Shown: positions 10,387-20,733 of the stretch, piece after piece | How the letters are laid out: each line of letters starts with the position of its first letter | Position numbering within the stretch: position 1 is the first letter of the stretch | NCBI GenBank assembly: GCA_004212135.1 | Contig: RXIE01000127.1 | Coordinates: 1,565-65,564, forward strand | Direction: 5' to 3' | DNA from: Candidatus Methanophagales archaeon ANME-1-THS | GTDB lineage: Archaea > Halobacteriota > Syntropharchaeia > Alkanophagales > Methanospirareceae | DNA: 64,000 nt | Position numbers and translations under genes: made by a program | The notes under the pieces: model-generated | Seen by the model: the letters and a program-made list of their open reading frames with translations, nothing else | The model's database searches: none | Told to the model about the DNA's origin: nothing

Positions 10387-11205
10387 CTAAATCAATTCTT
10401 CTCGGCATAATCTAATTTTATAAAGCTTCCCGAATATCTCCTTCACCGCAATTACCGCTTTCGAATCATCCGGCAGCTCTATTATCGGTTTGCCAACTAA
10501 GTCATACGCTCGTATCTGCTCATCTTCGGGAACCACCCCGATAAGCGTCAGCCCACTATCCGCTATCAGTCCAGGCAACGCATTCTGAACGTCCTCATCC
10601 TCCGTAACCTTATTCACCACCAGATAGATTTGTCGGACATTTATCTGCAGCTTCTCCGCAAGAATCTTTATCGCCCTGGCGGTTTCGATACCCCGTTTCG
10701 TGGGATCGCTCACCACCAGCAGGGTATCCACATCCCGCGTGGTTCGCCGGCTGAGATGCTCCAGCCCTGCTTCGCAATCGATGAGGACGGTCGAGAACCG
10801 CGCGGATAACTTGTCAATAAAATGTCGTAGCATATCGTTAATCAGGCAATAGCAGCCTGGACCTTCTGAACGACCCATGGCAAGCAGCGAGAAACGAGGG
10901 GTATGCACGAGTATCTCATCCAGCGTGTACTCAATCAGCATATCAGTGGGCATCGTCTCGGAGAAGAAGACCTGTGAAGGCGATGCAATCTCCTCCCTCA
11001 CATCGCCTATCGTCTTCTGTATTCTCACGCCCAACGCGCTCGGGAGGCTTGTCGCCGGATCTGCATCGATTGCCAGTACTCTTCCTCGTCCCTGCTCGGT
11101 GAGCAATTTGAGTACGAGCGATGTTATAATCGTCTTTCCCGTGCCTCCTTTTCCCGCTACTGCGATGATAAAAGCCTTTTTTGCTTCTCCTGTCATTTTT
11201 ACCAC
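10387..11205 (-). CDS. cooC: CooC/AcsF-family nickel-insertion ATPase
   Basis: GKGGTGKT, DADP, GPGCYC and DCEAGLEHLSRRTT motifs. Confidence 0.88.
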   Translation of the reverse strand: MVKMTGEAKKAFIIAVAGKGGTGKTIITSLVLKLLTEQGRGRVLAIDADPATSLPSALGVRIQKTIGDVREEIASPSQVFFSETMPTDMLIEYTLDEILVHTPRFSLLAMGRSEGPGCYCLINDMLRHFIDKLSARFSTVLIDCEAGLEHLSRRTTRDVDTLLVVSDPTKRGIETARAIKILAEKLQINVRQIYLVVNKVTEDEDVQNALPGLIADSGLTLIGVVPEDEQIRAYDLVGKPIIELPDDSKAVIAVKEIFGKLYKIRLCREELI

Positions 11206-11274
11206 CGCTCGTTCACCCCGCAGGTTCCAAAAAGTCTTAATATGTACTCGTACTTCTTGTTATATGAATTACGC

Positions 11275-12183
11275 ATGCCTGCGCCGGTTTATCTCGAAAC
11301 CTACGAAAGGGGCGAACTTGAGGAACGGATCGAGCAGTTGATGGATATACTCAACGAGTGTACACTCTGTCCACGCGCCTGTCGTGTCAACCGAACCAGA
11401 GGTGAGACGGGCTATTGCAACTCAGGAAAGGATCTGATAGTCTCCAGTGCACAGCCCCATTACGGGGAGGAAGACGTTTTGGTCGGGACCTACGGCTCAG
11501 GAACAATATTTCTTACCAACTGTAATCTGGGCTGTATATTCTGCCAGAATTACGATATCAGCCACCTGGGATATGGGCAGCGGGTGACCGGGGAGGAATT
11601 TGCACGGAGCATGCTCAGTCTGCAACGAAGAGGTTGCCATAATATCAATCTCGTCACTCCCACCCATTTCACGCCCCAGATCGTAAAAGCACTGAAAATA
11701 GCGATTGAATACGGGCTCCACATCCCTTTGGTGTATAATTGCGGGGGATACGAATCGAAACGAACCATCGAGTTATTGGATGGCATCGTGGATATCTACA
11801 TGCCTGACATCAAGTATAGTGACGAGGCGAGTGCGAGGAAGTATTCAAACGCGCCTGATTACTTCGACGTCTGTAAAGAAGCGGTTAAGGAGATGCATCG
11901 CCAGGTCGGTGATTTAACCGTTGATGCACAGGGGGTCGCGGTAAGAGGACTGCTGATACGTCATTTAGTGCTGCCGAATCATGTGGCCGGCTCTGCAGAA
12001 GTCTTCAAGTTTATCGCAACTGAACTCTCAAAGGAGTCCTATGTCAATATCATGCTGCAATATCGACCTATGTACCGAGCGTATGAGTATAAGGAACTGA
12101 ACCGGAGAATAACCGTGAGCGAATACCAGGAAGCGCTTGATAGCGCGAAGGACTGGGGTTTGCATCGAGGGTTTGAGTACTGA
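11275..12183 (+). CDS. PflX-like radical SAM protein
   Basis: CTLCPRACRVNR, CNLGCIFCQN, NINLVTPTH and RHLVLP motifs. Confidence 0.88.
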   Translation: MPAPVYLETYERGELEERIEQLMDILNECTLCPRACRVNRTRGETGYCNSGKDLIVSSAQPHYGEEDVLVGTYGSGTIFLTNCNLGCIFCQNYDISHLGYGQRVTGEEFARSMLSLQRRGCHNINLVTPTHFTPQIVKALKIAIEYGLHIPLVYNCGGYESKRTIELLDGIVDIYMPDIKYSDEASARKYSNAPDYFDVCKEAVKEMHRQVGDLTVDAQGVAVRGLLIRHLVLPNHVAGSAEVFKFIATELSKESYVNIMLQYRPMYRAYEYKELNRRITVSEYQEALDSAKDWGLHRGFEY

Positions 12184-12185
12184 CG

Positions 12186-12986
12186 ATGTGGGGAAAGCAG
12201 GAGAATGAACTGATATTTCTGGGAACCGCAGGTGCGAGGTTCGTCATGATCACGCAGTTGCGCTCTTCTGCGGGGACTGTCATGAGCTTGAAAGATACCA
12301 CGATCCTCATCGATCCGGGTCCCGGAACGTTGGTAAAATTCACGGCAAGCAAGCCAAAGCTCAACCCCGCCAAATTGGATGCGATTCTGCTCACGCATAA
12401 ACATTTGGACCATTCAAATGATGTCAACGTGATGATCGAAGCGATGACTGAGGGCGGCTTCAAGCCCAAAGGGATACTGCTCGCGCCCAACGATGCCTTA
12501 ACCGATGCGGGAGACGCGGTTGTTTTGAACTATTATAAAGGGCTCGTCGATAAGATCGAGGTGCTCGAGGAAGGGGGTAGTTATGCAGTCGGTAACCTCG
12601 AGCTCCACACACCGAAACGGCATGTGCATGGCATTGTGGAAACCTACGGGCTGAACATAAAGGTACAGGATGACCCTAAGACCACCGTTTCTTTTATTGC
12701 TGATACGCTCTATTTCGATGGGCTGGAGCGGTATTATGAGGGCGAGGTGCTCGTCCTGAACGTGGCGATGTATAAACGGCGCGAAGGTGTTGATCATCTC
12801 TCGGTGGAGGATGCGAAGAGGATTATAGAAGCGAGGAGCCCAAAGGTTGCTATACTCACCCATTTCGGCATGACCATGCTCAGAAATAAGCCATGGGAGA
12901 TCGCGAAGCAGCTCAGTCGAGAGACGGGCGTGAATGTGATCGCGGCACGTGATGGGATGCGATTTGACCTCAACCCGTTTATCTGA
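12186..12986 (+). CDS. Metallo-beta-lactamase-fold hydrolase
   Basis: FLGTAG, DPGPG, THKHLDH and LTHFG motifs. Confidence 0.88.
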   Translation: MWGKQENELIFLGTAGARFVMITQLRSSAGTVMSLKDTTILIDPGPGTLVKFTASKPKLNPAKLDAILLTHKHLDHSNDVNVMIEAMTEGGFKPKGILLAPNDALTDAGDAVVLNYYKGLVDKIEVLEEGGSYAVGNLELHTPKRHVHGIVETYGLNIKVQDDPKTTVSFIADTLYFDGLERYYEGEVLVLNVAMYKRREGVDHLSVEDAKRIIEARSPKVAILTHFGMTMLRNKPWEIAKQLSRETGVNVIAARDGMRFDLNPFI

Positions 12987-13019
12987 GCGCTTCTCCCCAG
13001 CCGCCCGACGGTTCGCTCA

Positions 13020-13084
13020 TGATGGTACCTATGGTTCTAACCTCAGGTTCGTACCTCATTTCCGTACCACAAGTTCCTAACCCT
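13020..13084. repeat. Degenerate 13-nt tandem array (about 5 units)
   Basis: tgatggtacctat / ggttctaacctca / ggttcgtacctca / tttccgtaccaca / agttcctaaccct. Confidence 0.5.
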
Positions 13085-13223
13085 TTTTATAGTTCTGTTC
13101 CTAATCGTCCTTCTGGACGGTTCATCACTACAAATTGTATGAAGAGAGGCTCTTTGGGGAATTGGATCGTGATACTGAGAGGCAACCTGCTCAAACAGAC
13201 GCCGGGCGGGGAGGTGTGAGGAG

Positions 13224-13748
13224 TTGAAGAAAAGAAGTCGCCTCGTCTTGGGACTTTCCATCGCCTTTGATCTCGCCGTACTCCTAATTCTTCTGGTCGT
13301 CGTATCGGTATACACGGACATACCGCAGCTCGAACCGGTGAGAAAGCAAGTTGACTCTTTTAAAGCGGTATTGAACTCGTTCTCTGCCCAAGCACCAGAA
13401 GAAATTGTAACCAAGGAACCGCATGAAAATGTAACGATAGAAGAGATATTACGAGATCCAGAGCTCTATAACGGGAGAATTGTTACGACTCAAGGGAGAC
13501 TGATTAAAAGTACTAACTACCCCTATAAAGAGACTCCAGAAGGAGAAAAGCTCTGGTATGCATTGAATGATCGGAACTTTGTCATTTCGATCGTCCCACC
13601 ATTACCCGCAACTCGCACGTATAACGCGGGCGAAACGTATCATGTAAAAGGACGAGTTAAGTATATAGAAACCAGAGAGTACATGAGTACCAAAGCGTAC
13701 ACTTGGGAAATCGCATTGGTCCCTCATGAGATGACAAAAATAAGTTAA
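13224..13748 (+). CDS. Membrane-anchored hypothetical protein, possible OB fold
   Basis: N-terminal TM; VTIEEILRDPELYNGRIVTTQG...YHVKGRV pattern. TTG start after ggaggtg. Confidence 0.65.
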   Translation: MKKRSRLVLGLSIAFDLAVLLILLVVVSVYTDIPQLEPVRKQVDSFKAVLNSFSAQAPEEIVTKEPHENVTIEEILRDPELYNGRIVTTQGRLIKSTNYPYKETPEGEKLWYALNDRNFVISIVPPLPATRTYNAGETYHVKGRVKYIETREYMSTKAYTWEIALVPHEMTKIS

Positions 13749-13795
13749 CGGTTCAGGCACGGCTGCCCTGCACAACTACTCGTGGGTGATACCCT

Positions 13796-14830
13796 ATGGC
13801 ACAGCGTGAGCTTCCTCTACCTCCTCACTTCGTCCCTGATAAGGTTGGTACCGTCTGGAAGGTTCTCTATCAGGAACGTGCTCGGGAGGCTGAACAATGG
13901 GCGGAGCAGCATTCCATACTACCGGCGGCCACTGACCGATTCAAAATCTGTCTCGTGGCGGTCGACGTGCAGAATACCTTCTGTATCCCGGGCTTTGAAT
14001 TATTCGTGGCCGGTCGTTCCGGGTCAGGCGCGGTTGACGACAATCGGAGGTTGTGTGCATTTATATACCGGAACCTGGATGTGATTACCCGGATCTCGCC
14101 GACGATGGATACACATCAGGCAGTGCAGATCTTTCATTCGGTATTCTGGATCAATGACAAAGGCGAGCATCCAGGACCGTACACGCTCATCTCGGAACAG
14201 GATGTAACGAGCGGTCGGTGGAGGTTTAATCCGGCACTCAGTTATAGTCTCGGGATCGATGAGCACTACGCACAGCGGCACCTCAGGCACTATACCCGGA
14301 GATTGAAGGAGGGTGGAAAATATCAACTGACCATCTGGCCCTATCACGTCATGCTGGGAAGCATTGGTCATGCCCTCGTTTCGGCAGTCGAGGAAGCGAT
14401 CTTCTTCCATAGCATAGCACGGTACTGCCAACCGAATTTTCAGCTCAAGGGGAACAATCCATTTACCGAGCACTATTCGGTCCTCGGTCCAGAGGTGCTG
14501 GACGGCCCTGATGGTGCGCCACTTGCACAGCGGAATCGCTCGTTCATCGAGCAGCTCGTGCAGTTCGACGCGGTCATCATCGCCGGGCAGGCTAAGAGCC
14601 ACTGTGTTGCCTGGACAGTTGAGGATCTCCTGAAGGAGATCTCAGTTCGCGATACGAAGTTGGCGGCGAAGGTCTACCTCCTCGAAGATTGTACCTCACC
14701 GGTCGTGGTACCCGGTGTGATGGACTATACAGATGAGGCCGATGCAGCATTCAGGAGATTCGCCGATGCCGGTATGCATATCGTCCGGTCCACCGACCCC
14801 ATCGAGAGCTGGCCGGGTATCAAGCGTTGA
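13796..14830 (+). CDS. Isochorismatase/nicotinamidase-like cysteine hydrolase
   Basis: [25 protein letters not shown] and LLEDCTSPV motifs. Confidence 0.82.
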   Translation: MAQRELPLPPHFVPDKVGTVWKVLYQERAREAEQWAEQHSILPAATDRFKICLVAVDVQNTFCIPGFELFVAGRSGSGAVDDNRRLCAFIYRNLDVITRISPTMDTHQAVQIFHSVFWINDKGEHPGPYTLISEQDVTSGRWRFNPALSYSLGIDEHYAQRHLRHYTRRLKEGGKYQLTIWPYHVMLGSIGHALVSAVEEAIFFHSIARYCQPNFQLKGNNPFTEHYSVLGPEVLDGPDGAPLAQRNRSFIEQLVQFDAVIIAGQAKSHCVAWTVEDLLKEISVRDTKLAAKVYLLEDCTSPVVVPGVMDYTDEADAAFRRFADAGMHIVRSTDPIESWPGIKR

Positions 14831-14831
14831 G

Positions 14832-15656
14832 TTAGCGCCTCTCAAAGGATATAAGAATCGCCGGAACAGAATAATTATTGATAACCGCTTTGATTTCACC
14901 CCTGCAGGCATAGAGGGGATATGCGATTAAATATGCAAACGCACCGCCGTGAAGCAGCATTCCAATATCAGAATAATGAGCAATGAGCTCCAAATTCACC
15001 ATAGATAGAAGAACAAAAACGATGAGCAGAGCCCAACCCCGTTTCAGACCCACTCTAACAACCGTGGTACTCGAATTCCCCAGATCTTCATTGTAATCAT
15101 TTATTTGATGCGTGAGGAGAGACTCGCTCCCTATGATCATAAACAGGGATGCAATCAACAGAGTAAGCATATTTAACTCATCTCCTGCCAGTGTAAACCC
15201 CGCTAAAAAGGGAAATAAGCCAAACATCATACCATGAGTTACTATATCAACAATAAACCGCTCTTTGAGCCGTATATATCGTACTGAATAGAGCGTGAGA
15301 AATACAATACTTACCATCGTGAATAAAAATCCGCGTCGTGTCAAAAAGCAGGAAAGTACGATTGGGATTACGAGCAGCACACTCATGAGCATAAACGTTC
15401 CTTGCTTCGTTATTTTGCCCGCAGAAAGAGGATTTTTACCCATCATGACTTTCTTCGTATTCCGATTGTCTATTTCAACATCGAAGTAGTTGTTTATGAC
15501 GAACCCATAGCTTATCACACAGAAGAAGATTATGCCGGCTATGATAAGTACAGTGGGCGTAGCATCTCCTAAAATCGCGCCGATAAGCGGGATGGGTATA
15601 AAGAACTTTATCCATTCCTTGACCCTCAGCATCTTGAGATAGTCCTTTGCGTTCAT
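14832..15656 (-). CDS. UbiA-family prenyltransferase
   Basis: Multi-TM; Asp-rich motifs INNYFDVEID and QINDYNED; YS..IRLK. Confidence 0.88.
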   Translation of the reverse strand: MNAKDYLKMLRVKEWIKFFIPIPLIGAILGDATPTVLIIAGIIFFCVISYGFVINNYFDVEIDNRNTKKVMMGKNPLSAGKITKQGTFMLMSVLLVIPIVLSCFLTRRGFLFTMVSIVFLTLYSVRYIRLKERFIVDIVTHGMMFGLFPFLAGFTLAGDELNMLTLLIASLFMIIGSESLLTHQINDYNEDLGNSSTTVVRVGLKRGWALLIVFVLLSMVNLELIAHYSDIGMLLHGGAFAYLIAYPLYACRGEIKAVINNYSVPAILISFERR

Positions 15657-15898
15657 CTTATCCGCTCCATCGCCGCATTCGAGACCCGCATTTCATCCTC
15701 TTTATCTGCAATAAATAGTTCATATATATGTATAAATATATTCATAGTACTAACGGCACTGAAAAACGCACCAAGAATAAGGGAAATGGCGGTCTCGAGA
15801 GTTCTGACCGCCTCAATGATTGTCATGAGCACGGTAATCTTAACCCATTTATCGCTTCTCCCAACGCAGCAGGGGCATGGAAACGGCCGGTAATCTCT

Positions 15899-16282
15899 CT
15901 AATAAAACAGTATCGCCTTTAGTTCCAGAACGCGGGTAATCTCATCTAATATCTCCTGTATTTTACCCTTTACTCGCCTCCATGCCTCCTGAACAGGAAC
16001 CGCGGTATAAACATATTTAAGCCTTTTCCCCTCTTCTACCCTTTTTATTATAAATCCTTCCTGGTCCAATCGCTGGATATATTTCCGTATGGTTCGTTCT
16101 GAAAGATTCAGGAGGTTCTCAATCTGTTTTATCGTTAACGAGGAGTTTAGTAAAAGATTATAAATTTTGATCTCTATTGGCTTAAAATTAAGAAACCCTA
16201 AACTAACATTTAATAACTCAATTGGTTTCCTGCCTTCTTTCAACGCCTTTTCTATATCCGCGATATAATTTCTTTTTATCAT
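15899..16282 (-). CDS. TrmB-like winged-HTH transcriptional regulator
   Basis: LTIKQIENLLNLSERTIRKYIQRLDQEGFI...KYVYTAVP. Confidence 0.8.
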   Translation of the reverse strand: MIKRNYIADIEKALKEGRKPIELLNVSLGFLNFKPIEIKIYNLLLNSSLTIKQIENLLNLSERTIRKYIQRLDQEGFIIKRVEEGKRLKYVYTAVPVQEAWRRVKGKIQEILDEITRVLELKAILFY

Positions 16283-16366
16283 GAGTGCATTATACTATGA
16301 ATAAATTACTATATAAAAGCTTCAGAGGTATGAATCTTTTAGCACGATGAATCAACCTTTCTAAAG

Positions 16367-16801
16367 TCACGCTAACAATCGTTTTATCACCTTATCCAGG
16401 ATGCAACTGCGCGAGATAATCCCCACCAACTGGTCGCCTTCCATGACGAGTAAGCGACCCACGCCGGCTTTCGTCATCTTCTCGATCGCATCAATGACAC
16501 ACTCTTCAGGACTGGCACAGATCAATCTGGTGCTCATACGCTCCTTAACGCGAATCGTATCCCAGTCCTCTCGCGCCACCCGAAGCAAATCCTTGTACGA
16601 GATGACGCCCGTTACCTTATTCGCCTGATTCACCACAGGATAACCCTGATGCTGGTATTTAGTGATTAAAGCATCCAGCTCCTTTAAAGTTGCTTCCTCC
16701 GGTATCGTGATCACGTTGGGTTCCATAATCGCGCCTACAGTGACGCACTTGAGCCAGCCGCGGCCTTCAGCCAACCGCTTTATCTTATCCGGGATCGCCA
16801 T
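16367..16801 (-). CDS. Tandem CBS-domain protein
   Basis: VGAIM..VITI, GYPVV, GVIS..DLL and LVGIISR motifs. Confidence 0.88.
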   Translation of the reverse strand: MAIPDKIKRLAEGRGWLKCVTVGAIMEPNVITIPEEATLKELDALITKYQHQGYPVVNQANKVTGVISYKDLLRVAREDWDTIRVKERMSTRLICASPEECVIDAIEKMTKAGVGRLLVMEGDQLVGIISRSCILDKVIKRLLA

Positions 16802-16835
16802 CAGCCTCCCCTCCCTGGTTCTTCATCCCTCATAC

Positions 16836-17984
16836 TCATTCCTGTCTCTTCCCTCGCTCGAAGAGCACGAGAACCGCGGGCACCACGGTCAGTGCCGCGA
16901 CCATGCTACAGGTCACGCCCATCGCCAGCATCTTCCCCATCTCCTGCATCATGGGCAGTTCACCGAGCGAGAGGCACAGGAATCCGGTTACCGCTGCAAT
17001 CGTCGTGATAAGCATCGGGTAAAAGACATTGGAGAGGGTATTCACCATCGCCTCTTCTCGTGCGTACGATTGCAACTCATACCTGAACCGCTTCGTCACC
17101 TGAATCCCAAAATCGATCCCGATACCCATGATCATCGCGAGTGCACCTGAGGTCATCGGGGTCACCTCAAATCCAATCAGGTAAAGTATGCCGTAGGTCC
17201 ATACAGTGCCGAGGAGAATGGTTAAGAGCGGAATGAGCCCGTACTTGATCGAAACGAAGAGAAGAATAAGAATAATAATGATGAGCGCGAAGCTGACCAA
17301 AGACGTTTTTTGCATCGTCTCGCCCGCGAGTCGCTCCATCGTTACCCCGATCACGGGGTCGCCTGTAATCTCTACCCTGATACCCGGCGGAGGCGGTAAT
17401 CGAATCACCTCCTGTAATTCATCAACCACGTCGTGTTCGTCTATCTCGTCCAATAAGGTCAGCCGCACCACACTGAGCGTATAATCAGTGCTGATATAAC
17501 TGCTGAGCTGCTGCTCGAGCAGCGGATTCTGCCTCAGCAACGACTTCACACTGGCTAACGAACCCGGTATAATCCCGCGATTCCCAGCCTTGATCACGTC
17601 AGCAGCACTTCTCGCATCGATGATTCCATAGACCAACTGAGCCCGCGCGGAGAGCGCATCGACATACCGTAAGGCTTCAGGATCACGCACGTCCCGGATC
17701 TCCAGGGAGTTGCTATAGCGCGGATCAACCTCCACCACAATGGTCGAACTGGAGAAGGTGCCGGCAAATTGATCTGATACGAGCTTGAGCGTCTCAATGA
17801 CCTCGACATGCTCGGGAAGCATATCCTCTTGCGACATCCCCACCGTCTCCATCTTCGATGCGTAATAGCCGAGGACGATGGTGACCAGGCAAAAGAGCGC
17901 TAAAAGGAGCATTTTACGATACGCGACAAATGCTGCATACCGCTTCAAGAGTCTCCTATTTTCTCCGCTTTGGTTATCGCGCAT
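16836..17984 (-). CDS. MMPL/RND (HAE3-like) transporter half-subunit B
   Basis: TM1, extracytoplasmic loop, then 5 TMs; MGIGIDFGIQ motif. Confidence 0.88.
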   Translation of the reverse strand: MRDNQSGENRRLLKRYAAFVAYRKMLLLALFCLVTIVLGYYASKMETVGMSQEDMLPEHVEVIETLKLVSDQFAGTFSSSTIVVEVDPRYSNSLEIRDVRDPEALRYVDALSARAQLVYGIIDARSAADVIKAGNRGIIPGSLASVKSLLRQNPLLEQQLSSYISTDYTLSVVRLTLLDEIDEHDVVDELQEVIRLPPPPGIRVEITGDPVIGVTMERLAGETMQKTSLVSFALIIIILILLFVSIKYGLIPLLTILLGTVWTYGILYLIGFEVTPMTSGALAMIMGIGIDFGIQVTKRFRYELQSYAREEAMVNTLSNVFYPMLITTIAAVTGFLCLSLGELPMMQEMGKMLAMGVTCSMVAALTVVPAVLVLFERGKRQE

Positions 17985-19155
17985 CTGACCTCCCTTCCTT
18001 AGCCCAGCTATACAACCAGTCGGCTAATCGCTTCGATTGAAGCCGCTCTTCAAAGAGTATGAAACAGGGATTCGCCACGGTGGCCGCAACCCAGCAGAAC
18101 CCTATACCGAGCGCGAGTGTCTGGCCGAGGTGCTGAACCATCGGCAAAAAGGAGAGCGTCAGGGCGAGGAAAGCCGCAGCAGTAGTAGTCCCCGAACCAA
18201 AGGTTGATGCACCTATATTAGAGACCGTAATCCGTAAGGCTACTTCCGGTGTGGTGCGCTGACGTTCCTCGTAATAACGCGAGACCATAAAGATGCCGTA
18301 CTCGACACCGAGACCCAGAAGGATAGCACCAATCACACCGGTGGCGACGGATATCTTAATACCAAGATAACCCAGGGTGCCAAAGGTCCAGACGATGGTG
18401 AGGATGAGTGGCAGGAAGACAATAAAACCACGTGAGAACGATCGCTCCAGTACGACTAATAATCCGAAGATGATAATCGCCGCCGCCAAAGTCGTCACCA
18501 CCGTGTCTCCTTTGAGCAGTCGCACGACCTCAACAATGAGTGGCGCGTTACCCGTGATCCGGTAGTTCACCCCTGCAGGTTTCGTAATCGCTTCGATATC
18601 ACGCTGAATGAGCTTCGTCATCTTTGTCACCTTCTCTTCATCCGTCCCTATCGCGGTATACGCATAGATCAGCATAACGCTGCTGTCACGATTAAAGAAC
18701 AGCTCCGCTCCAGGCGTTGCAGCTAAAATCGCTTTCACGCCCTCAATATCCTCGGGCACGCCACGCTGAAAGACCGGTGCGATAGACCGAACACCTTCAA
18801 TCGAAGGTTCTGCTGCCAGACGCGCATGCAGTTCAACCACCGATTTGATCACCCGTGGGTCCTTAAGATCGCGCGGAACGCCCTCCGCACCACTCTCATC
18901 ATCCAGTTCGACGGCAATAACCAGGAACTCTTCGCCCGTGAACGTGTTTGCAATCCGCTTCTGCATCTGAAACACCGGCAAATCCCTGGGCCATTCCTTC
19001 GAAAGGTCGCCTTGAAACTCGAGAAGCGTCATCCCATAGCCCAGAACTACCGTTATGAGTACAATCACGAGGATTATCCTCCTGTAATGCCGGTATTGTA
19101 CCGCTGCAAGATGTTCCAGCGCTCTTTCCACACCTATCTTCCCTTTGGGATCCAT
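17974..19155 (-). CDS. MMPL/RND (HAE3-like) transporter half-subunit A
   Basis: Same half-RND topology; LGLGVEYGIF motif. Confidence 0.88.
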   Translation of the reverse strand: MDPKGKIGVERALEHLAAVQYRHYRRIILVIVLITVVLGYGMTLLEFQGDLSKEWPRDLPVFQMQKRIANTFTGEEFLVIAVELDDESGAEGVPRDLKDPRVIKSVVELHARLAAEPSIEGVRSIAPVFQRGVPEDIEGVKAILAATPGAELFFNRDSSVMLIYAYTAIGTDEEKVTKMTKLIQRDIEAITKPAGVNYRITGNAPLIVEVVRLLKGDTVVTTLAAAIIIFGLLVVLERSFSRGFIVFLPLILTIVWTFGTLGYLGIKISVATGVIGAILLGLGVEYGIFMVSRYYEERQRTTPEVALRITVSNIGASTFGSGTTTAAAFLALTLSFLPMVQHLGQTLALGIGFCWVAATVANPCFILFEERLQSKRLADWLYSWAKEGRSDAR

Positions 19156-19214
19156 TCGATTAACCCCTCTCTCTTATGCGCACCGGCACGCCCATCTGTC
19201 CTCAGTGAGCAGGG

Positions 19215-20555
19215 TCAAACCCGTTTTCTTAGCCTTGCTCCGATGGCGAAGACGAAAATCAGTGCGATCAGACCTGATAGCGCCCCAAATCCGGGTATAA
19301 CCGAGCTTCTGGGCGATCGTCCCGGCGTCACGTCCAGTTTGATCTCCTTGTTGAAGAGGTATACGTTATCATCGCCGAGGTTACGATCGCCGGTGCATCG
19401 TATCTCTATACCGATTGGATACCCTTTCGGTACTGCATCGGTATCCACATCGAACTTCAGGATCGCAGTGCCTGCTTCTCCGATCGCGAGATTACCGACA
19501 AAATCGCTCTTCACATCGTAGTCGAAGGGCACGTTCGCCTCACCCGTCATGCGCACACTCGCGGATTCCGCTTTCGCCGAACCAACATTCCTGATCGTAA
19601 CATACAGGACTACACCGGAATAACCCGGGGTTAGGTTCATCGGCACGGTATAATATGAAGTGATCTCAAAGGCGGGTTTAGGCTTCACCAGAATCGCCAC
19701 CTCACGCATCACCTCGTACTCGTTCCCCTTTGTATCTTTATACCGTATCTGGAGTGGTATGGTCTGCGTTCCTGATGCAATCCCCTCAGCAATATCAAGG
19801 TGGAATACCGCCTCGCTCTTCTCACCGGAATTTAATCGCCCGATGTATGAACGGTCTGTCCCGGACCACGAGGGCGTGAATTTATCATTGAGGAGCATTT
19901 TTGCCTCTATATCCTTTGCCGCCGCTTCCCCACTGTTCTCTATCACTGCTCTGAGTTCCACATTCCTATCGCCCGGTCGTATCCCTGCGGGGTCAGTTGT
20001 GACATCGCCAACATTGATCACTGCACTTCCCGTTACGCTGAACGACAGTCCTAAGAGCTTGGTTATTTCAGGGCTGGTTACATAGCCTGCGGAGGAATTG
20101 AAATAATATTCACGCCAGGAGCAGTTAACTGGAATGGAATAAACCCCAGTGGGCGCTTCTTCTTTTATATGGATCGTAATTCGTACGTCCGTCGAGCTCC
20201 ATGAGTTCAGGGTATTGATATGCATGACGGTGGGCCCCACGAGTGAGACCACCTGAGTCCCCTGGAATGCTAATCGAATATCCCTCGCATCTATTCCGCC
20301 GTTGTTCTTTACCGTCACGATGACCTCGCTCGTCTCGCCAGGACTGAACTCGGTCGGCCGTACCCCGGTGATGGTAATCGATGAGAATATCGCCGTGGCA
20401 GTTGGAACGACGGACGGTATGGGTAAGGAATAAAAAGGTGCAATAGAACCGAGGAATACCAGACTGAGCGTGAGAAGCGCGATCAACTTCTTCCGCCCGG
20501 GCTTCTTCCTCTCTTCCCGCTTCATTCCCCGGCTGCCATCGATCTCTTTTCGCAT
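19215..20555 (-). CDS. COG1361 S-layer-like Ig-repeat protein with PGF-like C-terminal anchor
   Basis: Signal peptide, repeated PG...N.G...A.d Ig-like units, terminal IPGFGALSGLIALIFVFAIGARLRKRV. Confidence 0.82.
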   Translation of the reverse strand: MRKEIDGSRGMKREERKKPGRKKLIALLTLSLVFLGSIAPFYSLPIPSVVPTATAIFSSITITGVRPTEFSPGETSEVIVTVKNNGGIDARDIRLAFQGTQVVSLVGPTVMHINTLNSWSSTDVRITIHIKEEAPTGVYSIPVNCSWREYYFNSSAGYVTSPEITKLLGLSFSVTGSAVINVGDVTTDPAGIRPGDRNVELRAVIENSGEAAAKDIEAKMLLNDKFTPSWSGTDRSYIGRLNSGEKSEAVFHLDIAEGIASGTQTIPLQIRYKDTKGNEYEVMREVAILVKPKPAFEITSYYTVPMNLTPGYSGVVLYVTIRNVGSAKAESASVRMTGEANVPFDYDVKSDFVGNLAIGEAGTAILKFDVDTDAVPKGYPIGIEIRCTGDRNLGDDNVYLFNKEIKLDVTPGRSPRSSVIPGFGALSGLIALIFVFAIGARLRKRV

Positions 20556-20733
20556 ACCGTGTATAATACCCCTATTACAGTTCGTGGTCTATCCTCGATT
20601 ATTCTGGAAAAGAAAAAGTCTGAGTATATAAAGATTTACGAGCAGAAATATACGCTAAAACTATACGCTTTGAAAAGCAGGACCTGGTAAGCGACGCTAA
20701 ACGATTTTAATCTGCTCTAAGCTGCATTCATGC

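Noticed and set aside
13019-13219. 66-aa ORF
   Set aside because: It coincides with the degenerate 13-nt repeat region and has no recognisable motif.
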